DNA from: Sphingobacteriales bacterium JAD_PAG50586_3
Lineage (GTDB): Bacteria > Bacteroidota > Bacteroidia > CAMBQF01
DNA: 64,000 nt
NCBI GenBank assembly: GCA_023213195.1
Contig: CP096135.1
Coordinates: 558,548-622,547, forward strand
Direction of reading: 5' to 3'
The notes beneath the pieces were generated by a model. The model was not told the origin of the DNA. It saw only the letters and a list, made by a program, of their open reading frames with translations, and made no database searches. Positions 1-9,423 of this stretch are shown piece by piece. Numbering within the stretch: the stretch's first letter is position 1; each line of letters begins with the position of its first letter. Made by a program: the position numbers and the translations under genes.

Positions 1-471
1 AATAAGCACGAAAACTACAACAACGGCAAGCTTGATGGAGAGTGCCGATATTACAGTAACCTGGGCCGCATAAACACATCGGTAACCTACAAAAACGGCA
101 TACAAAACGGGCCAAAAAACACCTATTATAACGATGGCAAATTGCAGGAAGAGGGCAAATGGGTTAATGGCCAGCGAGAGGGGTTAACCAAGTGGTTTTA
201 TGCCGATGGTAAATTATCAATTGAATATATATACAAAAACGGTGTCTTAGAGGGTGTGCAAAAAACCTACTATAGCACGGGCAGTTTAAACCTTGAAGAG
301 AATTATAAAAACAATGAGTTGGATGGCATATCTAACGAATATTTTGAAAGCGGCAAGCTAAAGATAACCGGCACTTACGTAAAGGGACAGAAGAATGGTG
401 TGTGGAAAGAGATGGACGAAAACGGGAAGGTTATAAAGACCGAAAAATACGTAAACGGGGAGCTAAAATAA
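1..471 (+). CDS. MORN-repeat variant protein (YwqK-like antitoxin family), 5' partial
   Basis: Frame 1 is open from base 1 to the TAA at 469-471. Repeated units of the form Y(Y/F)xNGKLxxEG.W.NG.xxG are typical of MORN-variant proteins. Confidence 0.7.
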   Translation, partial: NKHENYNNGKLDGECRYYSNLGRINTSVTYKNGIQNGPKNTYYNDGKLQEEGKWVNGQREGLTKWFYADGKLSIEYIYKNGVLEGVQKTYYSTGSLNLEENYKNNELDGISNEYFESGKLKITGTYVKGQKNGVWKEMDENGKVIKTEKYVNGELK

Positions 472-557
472 TTAAAAACCCTATGTTATTAACCTTGTAA
501 AACCAAGTGTTTGTTTAGGTATATATTTGTTATATTGCGGTTTAAAATCAGGGAGAC

Positions 558-1502
558 ATGATTAAATTAAAGAGTATTATTCAGCAGCTTAAGGAAAAGG
601 AGGCAGCAGACCTTATCCAACAATTTAGAGAGAGCAAAGCTGAAAAATACCTCACGCTGTTCTCGCACTACCGCGAAAACAAGCTGAGTGACGAGGAGAT
701 ACAAACGCTTTTAGACGTAAATACTAACGCATATTACACGTTAAAATCGCGTCTTTTTGATAAGATACAGGAGTTTCTGTCTAACAATTTAGATAGCCCC
801 GTTATAGACTTGCTGCGCAAGGTGGCCAACATACCCAACCTTGTTTACAACACCCACCGCGATACCGCCATTGCCATTTTATTAAAACTGGAGGCCGAAC
901 TTAGGGATTATGATATGCCCTACGAGTTATCGTCGGTATACAACGCCCTTAAAAAACTATCGCTGCACTCGCCTAAGTATTACGAGTATACGCAGGCATA
1001 TAACAGGCACGTAGCCTACACTTTAGCCCTTGACAAGGCCGAAGATTTATTGGCCAATTTTAACAAGGCCCTTAGCGAGTACCACGCATCAAAAAACAAA
1101 GAAACTATAGAGTTGCTGGCTATGATTAAAGAGCAGGTAGGCCACACCGCCCGCTTGTACGAGAGCCATCACTTACAGGTATACAAGTGCATTATTGATA
1201 TCTCTTTCGCGCTGTTTGTGCCGAATGCCGCCGCCGTAAAAGACGATGAGCCTGTAGAAGATTTGCTGGCTAAAATGGAGAAAATATTTTTGGCTTACCC
1301 TAAAGACTCTAACTACCAGCACCTTAACCTGGCTTACAATTTCCTTGCATTTGAGTATTACCACCAGCTTAAGCTGTATAAAAAAGAGGCTAAGTATTTT
1401 GATGTGGTAAATGAGAACTTAAAATCGTTCTTGCTATTTAACCATTGTGCCTATACATCGCGCTTCCTGAGTATCAAAAATGGAGCGTTATGTTATGAAT
1501 GA
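558..1502 (+). CDS. Hypothetical protein, N-terminal portion. Probably continues into 1480..2013 through a 1-nt shift at the A5 run near 1473-1479.
   Basis: Long ORF of 314 aa with no recognisable motifs. Its 3' end overlaps the next ORF by 23 nt in another frame, next to an aaaaa homopolymer. Confidence 0.45.
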   Translation: MIKLKSIIQQLKEKEAADLIQQFRESKAEKYLTLFSHYRENKLSDEEIQTLLDVNTNAYYTLKSRLFDKIQEFLSNNLDSPVIDLLRKVANIPNLVYNTHRDTAIAILLKLEAELRDYDMPYELSSVYNALKKLSLHSPKYYEYTQAYNRHVAYTLALDKAEDLLANFNKALSEYHASKNKETIELLAMIKEQVGHTARLYESHHLQVYKCIIDISFALFVPNAAAVKDDEPVEDLLAKMEKIFLAYPKDSNYQHLNLAYNFLAFEYYHQLKLYKKEAKYFDVVNENLKSFLLFNHCAYTSRFLSIKNGALCYE

Positions 1503-2013
1503 TTTGGAGAAAGGCCTGCACGAAGAAAATGTGGCCCTACAAGATAACTACGAGCCCGATAAGCAAGATATTCCTAACTACATCAATTACATGAAATACC
1601 TTTCGGTATCGGCCTTTTACAGCAAAAAATACCATGAAGCTGTTGGCTTGTTAAGCCGTTTGGTAAACGATGTAAGCTTTAAAAGCTACCCACACGCCGA
1701 GATTGAAATTAAGCTGTTACTGTCGTTATTCTATTCTATGATTAACAAGTACGACCCTGCCAACAGTTTAATGCGAAGTGTGGCCCGTAAAGTGCGCGAA
1801 AGCGAAGACGAGGTTGGCTACGAAAACGCAAGCATATTCAACAAGATACTATCGTTGCAAATGAGCTCTTCTGCTAAAGACGTAGAGCAAAAAATTAAGC
1901 AACAGTTTCAACGCTTTGAAATGCTTAACAACGGTAGCAACCGTATGCTAGAGTTTTTAAAGTTTGACGATGCATTTATTAAACACCTTGCACAAGGCGT
2001 AAAAACAAACTAA
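1480..2013 (+). CDS. Hypothetical protein, a likely C-terminal continuation of 558..1502
   Basis: ORF of 177 aa. A TGA lies just upstream in its own frame, so it is either a separate short gene or the frameshifted tail of the upstream ORF. Confidence 0.4.
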   Translation: MERYVMNDLEKGLHEENVALQDNYEPDKQDIPNYINYMKYLSVSAFYSKKYHEAVGLLSRLVNDVSFKSYPHAEIEIKLLLSLFYSMINKYDPANSLMRSVARKVRESEDEVGYENASIFNKILSLQMSSSAKDVEQKIKQQFQRFEMLNNGSNRMLEFLKFDDAFIKHLAQGVKTN

Positions 2014-2038
2014 ACAGGCCCCTCCGTTGGTATAATAT

Positions 2039-3211
2039 ATGAAACGGTCGTCGCCAATATTTGTACTCTTTTTTACCATTTTTATTGATTTATTAGGCTT
2101 TGGTATAATAATACCCATATTGGGTCCTTATGCTAAAGATGTGCTGCATGCCGATGGTTGGGTCTACGGCCTCATTTTCGGGGTGTATTCTTTTATGAAT
2201 TTTGTGTTTGCCCCGGTACTTGGCACCCTTAGCGACCGTAAAGGCCGTCGCCCTGTACTGCTTATTACCATTGTTATTGCCATGGTTGGGCACCTGCTTT
2301 TTTCCTTTTCATCATCGCTTATACTATTGTTTATTGCCCGTATGATAGCCGGTATAGGCTCGGCCAATATATCGGTAGCCAATGCCTATATATCTGATGT
2401 TACCCCGCCCGAGGGCAGGGCCAAGGCCATGGGCCTTATTGGTGCAGCCTTTGGTTTGGGTTTTGTATTTGGCCCGCCGGTAGGTGGTTATATTTACGAG
2501 CATTTATCGTTTGAATATATTGGCTATTTAACTGCTGGCTTATGCCTTATAAACTTTGTACTGGCCTGGATTTACCTGCCCGAATCTATAAAAGAAAGAA
2601 ATACCGAAAATAAGTTCAACTTTAAAAATATACTGAATGGGTTGATAGAGGCAGGCCAAAACCCCAAGGTGAATAAATTTTTTGTGCTGTTTTTTATTGT
2701 AATCATAGCCTTTTCTATGATGCAAAGCACTGTAACACTCCTTTTTAAAGATAGGTACTCACTAACTGCTTCAGAGGGGTCTTATATGTTTGCCTACGTA
2801 GGCTTTTTAATGGCTATTGTACAAGGGTTTTTTATAGGGTTTTTCAGCAAACGCCTGGGCGAGAGTAAAATGCTGCTTATTGGCAGCATTGGCATGGGGC
2901 TGGGCTTAGCGCTTATTCCCTTTGGCCCATTTTATATGCAGTTTATTTATTTTGCCATAATTGCCGTGTCTAATGGCATGATAGGCCCTGCAATTAATTC
3001 CCTGATATCTAAAAACGCCGACCCTACCAAACTGGGGCAAATAATGGGGGCCAACCAGTCGTTCGGTTCCCTGTCTCGCGGTTTAGGGCCGATAATAGCC
3101 GGTGTGTTATACGATATTAATTATACCTTTCCTTACCTGGCAGCAGGCTTGATAATGACCGTATGCTTTTTTACAGCCTTTGTGGTGGTAAAGAGGCCCG
3201 AGGGAAGGTAG
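2039..3211 (+). CDS. MFS transporter (DHA1 / tetracycline-resistance-like)
   Basis: About 12 predicted TM helices. The N-terminus IFVLFFTIFIDLLGFGIIIPIL and the motif GTLSDRKGRRPVL (MFS motif A) are characteristic. Confidence 0.85.
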   Translation: MKRSSPIFVLFFTIFIDLLGFGIIIPILGPYAKDVLHADGWVYGLIFGVYSFMNFVFAPVLGTLSDRKGRRPVLLITIVIAMVGHLLFSFSSSLILLFIARMIAGIGSANISVANAYISDVTPPEGRAKAMGLIGAAFGLGFVFGPPVGGYIYEHLSFEYIGYLTAGLCLINFVLAWIYLPESIKERNTENKFNFKNILNGLIEAGQNPKVNKFFVLFFIVIIAFSMMQSTVTLLFKDRYSLTASEGSYMFAYVGFLMAIVQGFFIGFFSKRLGESKMLLIGSIGMGLGLALIPFGPFYMQFIYFAIIAVSNGMIGPAINSLISKNADPTKLGQIMGANQSFGSLSRGLGPIIAGVLYDINYTFPYLAAGLIMTVCFFTAFVVVKRPEGR

Positions 3212-3343
3212 ATGGTGTTTGGTTAAGCAAAAACAATTTCAGTTTTCTGTCACACAAATACTTAAGTTCTAACTGCCTTAGCAATCATAATTACATTAGC
3301 TATAAGATAAACAGTTTAATTACCCCCGCAACAAGCATTGCTA

Positions 3344-4112
3344 TTAGATAATCCCCCTGTGCCATAGCGAAAGCAAATCCATAGTAAGCGCTACACTTAT
3401 ATGCAGTATCATACCGGGGAAAATATTGTTACTCTTCAAGCTTAAATGGCCCAAAATAAAACCCGCTACAATAGAGCCAATGGCTTCGGGCATGGGTTTG
3501 CCAAAGTGTATCATACAATAGGGCAACACCATAGCCGCAATGGCAAATGTGCCAGCGGTTTTCTTTAGCCCGTGCAGTATAAACCCGCGGAAGAAAAACT
3601 CAACTCCCAAGAATTGCAGGCCATATAGCAACTCCCACGTTAAAAAGCGGCTCCACTCAAACCTGCCGCCGTTGGCTACTTTAAAAAGGGGTACGTTGCC
3701 TGAAAATGATCGTTGTAAGAAAAGAAGATAATCAATGGCAGTATAAGCAGAAACAATATTACATAAGTTTTAAGGCCTTTTAACAGCCCTTGGCGGGCAA
3801 TCCCATAGTCAGACAGGTTTTCTCTCAGCACAAGCTTTACAACAAGCGCAGGCACCAAAAAGTAGCAGGTAAACACCATGCCGCCCCAAAAAACCAGGCG
3901 GTGCAGGTTGTCAAACCCCATAAAACGTGTTACACGCGCGGTATATTCATCAAAAAGAAGTTGCCGTATTTGGTAACGGCAAAGTATTGGCAAAATGTAA
4001 GGCATAGTGCGGCGGTAACGGTAATAATGGTAACGCGGCGCGCTTCTTTATCTTGCACAAAATAAAGCAAGCCCCGCAATGAATAGTTGTTATTATTGCG
4101 TGGCTCGCCCAT
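3344..4112 (-). CDS. CPBP-family intramembrane metalloprotease (CAAX protease-like), split in 3 ORF fragments by two homopolymer shifts
   Basis: The fragments 4112..3930, 4005..3676 and 3631..3344 join into a ~255-aa membrane protein carrying GVEFFFRG (EExxxR-like), FAIAAMVLPYCMIHF and ILGHLSLKSNN (HxxxN) motifs. The shift at 3681-3686 is a T5/T6 run. Confidence 0.6.
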
Positions 4113-4135
4113 GTATTAAATCAGAAAAAATAAAA

Positions 4136-5146
4136 TTAGTTAGCAGAAGCGCCGGCTAGTTTCTCGCGGATCTTAGCTTCAATCTCGTCAGCCAGTTCAA
4201 CATTATCAAGCAATAGCGATTTAACCGAATCGCGTCCCTAGCCAAGCTTTTGGTCTTCGTAGCTAAACCACGATCCGCTTTTCTTAACAATGCCATAGTC
4301 AACACCAAGGTCAACAATTTCGCCTACTTTAGAAATGCCTTCGCCAAACATAATATCAAACTCTGCCGTGCGGAACGGTGGAGCTACTTTGTTTTTAATA
4401 ACCTTAACCTTTACGTGGTTACCCGATGCGGTGTCGCCATCTTTAATCTGGCTCATACGGCGTATATCTAAACGTACCGATGCGTAGAATTTAAGGGCGT
4501 TACCACCGGTGGTAGTTTCGGGGTTACCAAACATAACGCCAATTTTTTCGCGCAACTGGTTAATGAAAATACAGCAGCAACCTGTTTTGTTAATGGTGCC
4601 GGTGAGCTTACGCAAAGCCTGGCTCATTAAACGGGCTTGTAGGCCCATTTTAGAGTCGCCCATTTCGCCTTCAATCTCGCTTTTTGGCGTTAAGGCCGCA
4701 ACCGAGTCAATAACGATAATGTCTATAGCACCCGAGCGGATTAGGTTTTCGGTAATTTCCAAGGCCTGCTCGCCGTTGTCGGGTTGAGAGATTAAAAGGT
4801 TCTCAATATCAACGCCTAATTTCTTAGCATAAAAACGGTCAAAGGCATGCTCAGCATCAATAAAAGCTGCAATGCCGCCATTTTTTTGCACGTTGGCAAT
4901 AGCATGTATAGCCAATGTTGTTTTACCAGACGATTCTGGCCCGTAAATTTCTACTACCCTGCCCTTGGGGAAACCACCAATGCCTAATGCGGCATCTAGG
5001 CCGATAGAACCTGTAGAAATAGATTCAATCTGGTCAATTGCATCATCACCCATGCGCATAATAGCGCCTTTACCGTACGATTTCTCTAATTTGTCTAATG
5101 TAAGTTGAAGGGCTTTCAACTTCTCTGCTTGCACATCTTTGCTCAT
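4136..5146 (-). CDS. recA: Recombinase RecA, with an in-frame TAG at 4238-4240 replacing the conserved Gln of the KLGQGRD motif
   Basis: Canonical RecA sequence ([60 protein letters not shown]). The ORF stops at [10 protein letters not shown], then the same frame continues as [33 protein letters not shown] to the TAA at 4136-4138. The true start is the ATG at 5146 (MSKDVQ); the listed 5179 start is a TTG. Confidence 0.85.
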
Positions 5147-5177
5147 AAATATATGTCTCTTAAACTGTAAAATTAGC

Positions 5178-5186
5178 AAATATTAA
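5178..5186 (-). promoter_or_regulatory. Bacteroidota -7 promoter box TAATATTTG, 32 nt upstream of the recA ATG
   Basis: The reverse complement of 5178..5186 is TAATATTTG, matching the TAnnTTTG consensus. A palindrome TTAACAC-N12-GTGTTAA (5184..5209) overlaps the -33 region. Confidence 0.55.
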
Positions 5187-5307
5187 CACTCGAAAAAGGG
5201 GTGTTAATAACTATAGTTTACCTCCTCTGGGATACTCTACTATTTATCCGGACGGCAGCAATTATTTTAATCCCTACTTTAGTAAGACAAGAGCCAAAAG
5301 CAAGGCC

Positions 5308-6243
5308 CTATATATCTACCACATTCAGCTTTTTATTGTTGAGCATATCTTGTGGCACAGCATCGGTAATAACGTTTTGCAGCGCCCGCACCATCCGTTC
5401 TTTCACATATTCATAATGGGTTACAATGCTAATCTCGCGCACCGGTGTTGGGGGCTTAAAGTAACGCAGTTGCTTCTTTTGCTCCTCTGTCATGGTAAGG
5501 GTTTTCAGTTCAGGTATAATGGTAATACCATAGTCCTGGTCAACCAGGTTCATCAGGGTTTCTATGCTTCCGGCCTCGTAGTGCAGCCTGTCGTGCAGGG
5601 CGTTTTGTCGTTTTAACTCACACAGGTTTAGTATTTGCGCACGCATGCAATGCCCTTCTTCCAGCAGCCATAGGCGGTCAATATCAATGTTTTTGGGTAG
5701 TACAAATTGCTTGTCGTATCCTTTCTCGCCGGTGTTTACATACAAGAAGAATTTCTCGTAATACAAAGGGTGCTCTGTAATGGTTTTTTCCTTTAGGGGC
5801 GTGGCTAGTATGCCAACATCTATCTGGCCTGTTTTAAGTTTCTCTATTATGTTATTAGTAGTAAACTCATTTATGTAGAGGTTTATTTTAGGGTATAGCG
5901 TGGTAAATGTTTTTACTATCATAGGCAGTAAATACGGCGCTATGGTGGGTATTATGCCCAGGCGCAACTCGCCCGACAACTGGCCCCTTTCATGGCTTAC
6001 CAGCTCTTTCATTTTGGCTGTTTCGCCTAAAATGCGGCGTGCCTGTGCTATTATTTTTTCGCCCACATCGGTAGGTACTACAGGTTGTTTGCTTCGGTCA
6101 AAGATGATGGTGTCAAGCTCTTCTTCCAGCTTCTTAATCATCATGCTAAGTGTAGCCTGGGTTATGTAGCACGACTCTGCCGCACGTAAAAAATGCCTGT
6201 GCGTATCTACCGCCACTATGTACTCTAACTGTTGTAAAACCAT
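5308..6243 (-). CDS. LysR-family transcriptional regulator (OxyR-like)
   Basis: N-terminal HTH (LQQLEYIVAVDTHRHFLRAAESCYITQATLSMMIKKLEEEL) followed by a LysR substrate-binding domain. A TAAATTTG -7 box sits at 6263..6270 on the minus strand. Confidence 0.8.
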   Translation of the reverse strand: MVLQQLEYIVAVDTHRHFLRAAESCYITQATLSMMIKKLEEELDTIIFDRSKQPVVPTDVGEKIIAQARRILGETAKMKELVSHERGQLSGELRLGIIPTIAPYLLPMIVKTFTTLYPKINLYINEFTTNNIIEKLKTGQIDVGILATPLKEKTITEHPLYYEKFFLYVNTGEKGYDKQFVLPKNIDIDRLWLLEEGHCMRAQILNLCELKRQNALHDRLHYEAGSIETLMNLVDQDYGITIIPELKTLTMTEEQKKQLRYFKPPTPVREISIVTHYEYVKERMVRALQNVITDAVPQDMLNNKKLNVVDI

Positions 6244-6296
6244 TTGTTCAATTTCATCTATACAAATTTAAACATAATTGTTTTAGTTTAACAAAG

Positions 6297-6331
6297 GCAT
6301 TCTGCATATTGAATTCTGCATTCTGCATTTC
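6297..6331. promoter_or_regulatory. Triple (A)TTCTGCAT repeat containing the dyad ATTC-N8-GAAT, a candidate LTTR binding site in the divergent lysR/CCA intergenic region
   Basis: Sequence gcATTCTGCATattgaATTCTGCATTCTGCATttc. It lies between the lysR -7 box (6263..6270) and the CCA gene -7 box TATCTTTG (6336..6343). Confidence 0.4.
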
Positions 6332-6351
6332 TCAACTATCTTTGCGCCACA

Positions 6352-7769
6352 ATGAAACCCAATTATTCCCATAATCTTACCCACAGCATTTTTGCAATAG
6401 CAGGCCAGGCGGCCGATGCCCTTGGTATAGAATGTTATGCTGTAGGGGGCTTTGTGCGCGATATTGTGTTGGGCCGCCAGTCTAAAGATATTGATATAAT
6501 GGCCGTAGGCAGCGGTATAGAGCTGGCAAAAGAAATTGCTAAAAAGCTGAATATACAAGATAAGCTGGCGGTATATAAAAACTTTGGTACGGCCATGTTG
6601 CCAATGGACGATTACGTTATTGAGTTTGTAGGTGCCCGTAAAGAAAGCTACCGCACCGACTCTCGCAAGCCCATTGTTGAAGATGGTACCTTGCTTGATG
6701 ATTTATCGCGCCGCGATTTTACCATTAATGCACTTGCGCTGTGTTTGAACAAAGACCGCTTTGGCGAGTTGGTTGATGAGTTTGATGGCCTGGGCGATAT
6801 AGAGCGTAAAATTATTCGCACACCGCTTGGCCCTGATATTACCTATAGCGACGACCCGCTTCGCATGATGCGTGCCGTGCGGTTTGCATCGCAGTTAAAC
6901 TTTGTAATTGAAAAAGATTCGTTAGATGCTATAAGCCGGAATGCAGAGCGGTTGAAGATTATATCAATGGAGCGCATTGCCGATGAGTTGAACAAGATTA
7001 TAGAATCGTCCATACCATCGGTTGGTTTTAAACTGTTGTTTGATACTAAATTGCTGCACCAGTTCTTCCCACAAATGGTAGCATTGCACGGGGTAGATAT
7101 TATAAAAGGCAAAGGCCATAAAGATAATTTTTACCATACACTACAAGTGCTGGATAACCTTGCGGCTATGAGCCCCGATTTGTGGCTGCGCTGGGCTGCT
7201 ATATTGCATGATATTGCCAAGCCACCCACCAAACGTTTTGAAGAAGGTGTGGGCTGGACATTCCATGGGCACGAGGATAAAGGCGCACGCATGGTGCCTA
7301 AAATTTTTACACAGCTAAAACTGCCGTTGAACGAGAAGATGAAGTATGTACAGAAACTTGTACTGCTGCACCTACGCCCCATAGTGCTTGCAAAGAGCGA
7401 GGTTACCGACTCGGCCATACGCCGTTTGCTATTTGAAGCAGGCGATGACATTGACGATTTGATGATGCTGTGTACCGCCGACATTACCTCTAAAAACCCC
7501 GAAAAGGTTAAGAAGTACAAAGCCAATTTTGAATTGGTAAAGGTTAAGCTGAAAGAGGTTGAGGAAAAAGACAAGGTGCGTAACTGGCAGCCACCACTTA
7601 CAGGTGAAGAGATTATGGAGTATTTCGGCCTTCAACCATCGCGCGAGGTAGGTGTTATTAAAACCGCCATACGCGAAGCTATATTAGATGGCATAATAGC
7701 CAACAACCACGACGAAGCCACCGCGCTAATGATAGCCGAAGGCGAAAAACTCGGCCTAAAAAAGCATAG
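6352..7769 (+). CDS. CCA tRNA nucleotidyltransferase / poly(A) polymerase family with C-terminal HD domain
   Basis: GGFVRDIVLGRQSKDIDIMAVG and RRDFTINALA are the nucleotidyltransferase motifs, followed by an HD domain. The listed ORF runs to 7899, but the tail past about 7770 overlaps the convergent gene by 125 nt. An A6 run at 7758-7763 probably hides the real stop: with A7 the protein would end ...EKLGLKKA*, about 473 aa. Confidence 0.75.
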
Positions 7770-7773
7770 AATT

Positions 7774-8543
7774 CTACAAATAAAAATTCTTAGCCAACCA
7801 CGTTGCAATATCATCTTCGGCAGTAGCCTTCATACGTATAGTAGCAGATTGCCTGCGGCCATCTTTAAACGTATATATGTTTGCTACTTTGCTAGATAAG
7901 CCATCAACAGTAGCCTCGGCAACCTGCGCGCCATCAGGCAAATAAAATTTATAGGTGTAAGATGTTTTACCGTAAGATGCGCTGCTACTTTCTTTAACAG
8001 TGCCAATGGTTTTAAAATCTTGCTGAATGTTGCCGCCAAAAACCTGTAACATAGCATTGCGGTTGCGGTCTACCATTACATAGTCGGTATTGCCACCGCG
8101 ATTGTTAACTATCACCGTGGTGCGGTTGTCGCCGGTAGGTTTAAAAGGGTTAAGTAGCATAAATTTTTTCTCGCCCTCGGGGTTATACTTACCATCATCA
8201 AAAAGCTTGCATTTTACCACCTCTTTGGCAAACTGTTTTTTAAAACCCAAAGAGTAAACCATGCTGGCCTGGTTGGTGCTACCCATAAAGGTAATGTGTA
8301 TATAAAGCCCTGTAGCCGGGCCAACGGTGGTAGTTGCCTGCCTGTCTACTTTAGCAATAGCTACCTCATCGCCATCGGTTGTTTGTAAAGAAAATTCGGC
8401 AGCCTCAGCACCGCTACTTACTTTTTCAGCACCGCGTATTCAGCACCATCAACCATAATTTTATCTCCGTCTATTTCTACCTTTTGTGCTGTAATAGCAG
8501 TAAAAACAAGGGTTGTAAGAGCAATTGTGAATAACTTTTTCAT
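7774..8543 (-). CDS. Secreted hypothetical protein with a signal peptide, 1-nt shift near 8418-8425
   Basis: Signal peptide MKKLFTIALTTLVFTAITAQ. The ORFs 8615..8418 and 8286..7774 join through the A-run at gaaaaag into a single protein of about 255 aa. Confidence 0.55.
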
Positions 8544-8655
8544 GTCTAGTTGTATGATTAGCAGGGCGAAAATAAATAATAATCCATCTTTGCACAAAGT
8601 TTCTTGTTTAATCAAAAACAGTTTTTCTGTACTTTTGTCCCTGTAAAGTTGAGAT

Positions 8656-9417
8656 ATGGCTATTTATAAATTCCGCGTAACGTTTGAAAATTTTGAAGAT
8701 GTATATCGAGATATCGAAATACAATCAGAAATGACCTTGTCAGACCTGCACTACGCAATACTAAGTTCAATCAGTTTCGATAGCATCCACAAAGGCGTTT
8801 TCTTTGAGAGCGACCACAGCTGGCGCAAAGGCGATGAGTTACTACAGGTATCGCCCGAAGGTGCCAAAGGCGCCGCGCAAAAAGATTTGCTATCAGACAT
8901 AATTTACGACCCACGCCAACGTTTTCTTTATACCTACGACGAGGCTGAGAAATGGGGCTTTACTATTGAGTTGATTAAAATTTTGCCAGACGATAGCTCG
9001 CTTACAACATCGCGTTGTGTGCACAAAGCTGGCACCGCGCCTAAGCAATACAAAGAGGCACCGCTTAAATTTAAAAGCACTGACGAGCCTGATGGCCGCA
9101 AAAACCGCAAGAAGAAAGAAGCGCCTAAAGAAATTATTTTAGATGATGAAGACGAGGATGATGAAGAGGATGCACCTAAAGTAGCCGGTGGCCGTGGTAA
9201 AGTTGCTGCTGCTGTTATTGCCGACGATGAGGAGGAAGAAGAAGACGACAGCGATGCTTACGAAACAGAAGAAGAAGAGTTTGATGTTGACGATGATGAG
9301 AAAGGCAAATTTACTGCCGATGATGACGACGACGACGACGATGATGGCTTTGGTGCCGATGATGACGATGATGATTTTGGTGCTGCCGATGAGGAGTTTA
9401 AAGACGACGACTTTTAA
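8656..9417 (+). CDS. pRiA4b ORF-3-like domain protein with a roughly 100-aa poly-acidic (D/E) C-terminal tail
   Basis: The N-terminus YKFRVTFENFEDVYRDIEIQSEMTLSDLHYAILSSI resembles the PRiA4_ORF3 family (Y.l.v.L....WR...v....tL..LH..I). The C-terminus consists of runs of D and E. Confidence 0.55.
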   Translation: MAIYKFRVTFENFEDVYRDIEIQSEMTLSDLHYAILSSISFDSIHKGVFFESDHSWRKGDELLQVSPEGAKGAAQKDLLSDIIYDPRQRFLYTYDEAEKWGFTIELIKILPDDSSLTTSRCVHKAGTAPKQYKEAPLKFKSTDEPDGRKNRKKKEAPKEIILDDEDEDDEEDAPKVAGGRGKVAAAVIADDEEEEEDDSDAYETEEEEFDVDDDEKGKFTADDDDDDDDDGFGADDDDDDFGAADEEFKDDDF

Positions 9418-9423
9418 TAGTTA

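Noticed and set aside
3344-4112. Calling the CPBP protease, ActB, PiT and others true pseudogenes
   Set aside because: The disruptions sit at homopolymers and affect essential genes throughout the window. A sequencing artefact is more parsimonious.
7770-7899. C-terminal ~43-codon extension of the CCA gene ORF
   Set aside because: It overlaps the convergent gene 7774..8286 by 125 nt. The translation (HRILQIKILSQPRCNIIFGSS...) looks non-protein-like. An A6 run at 7758-7763 most simply explains a lost stop.
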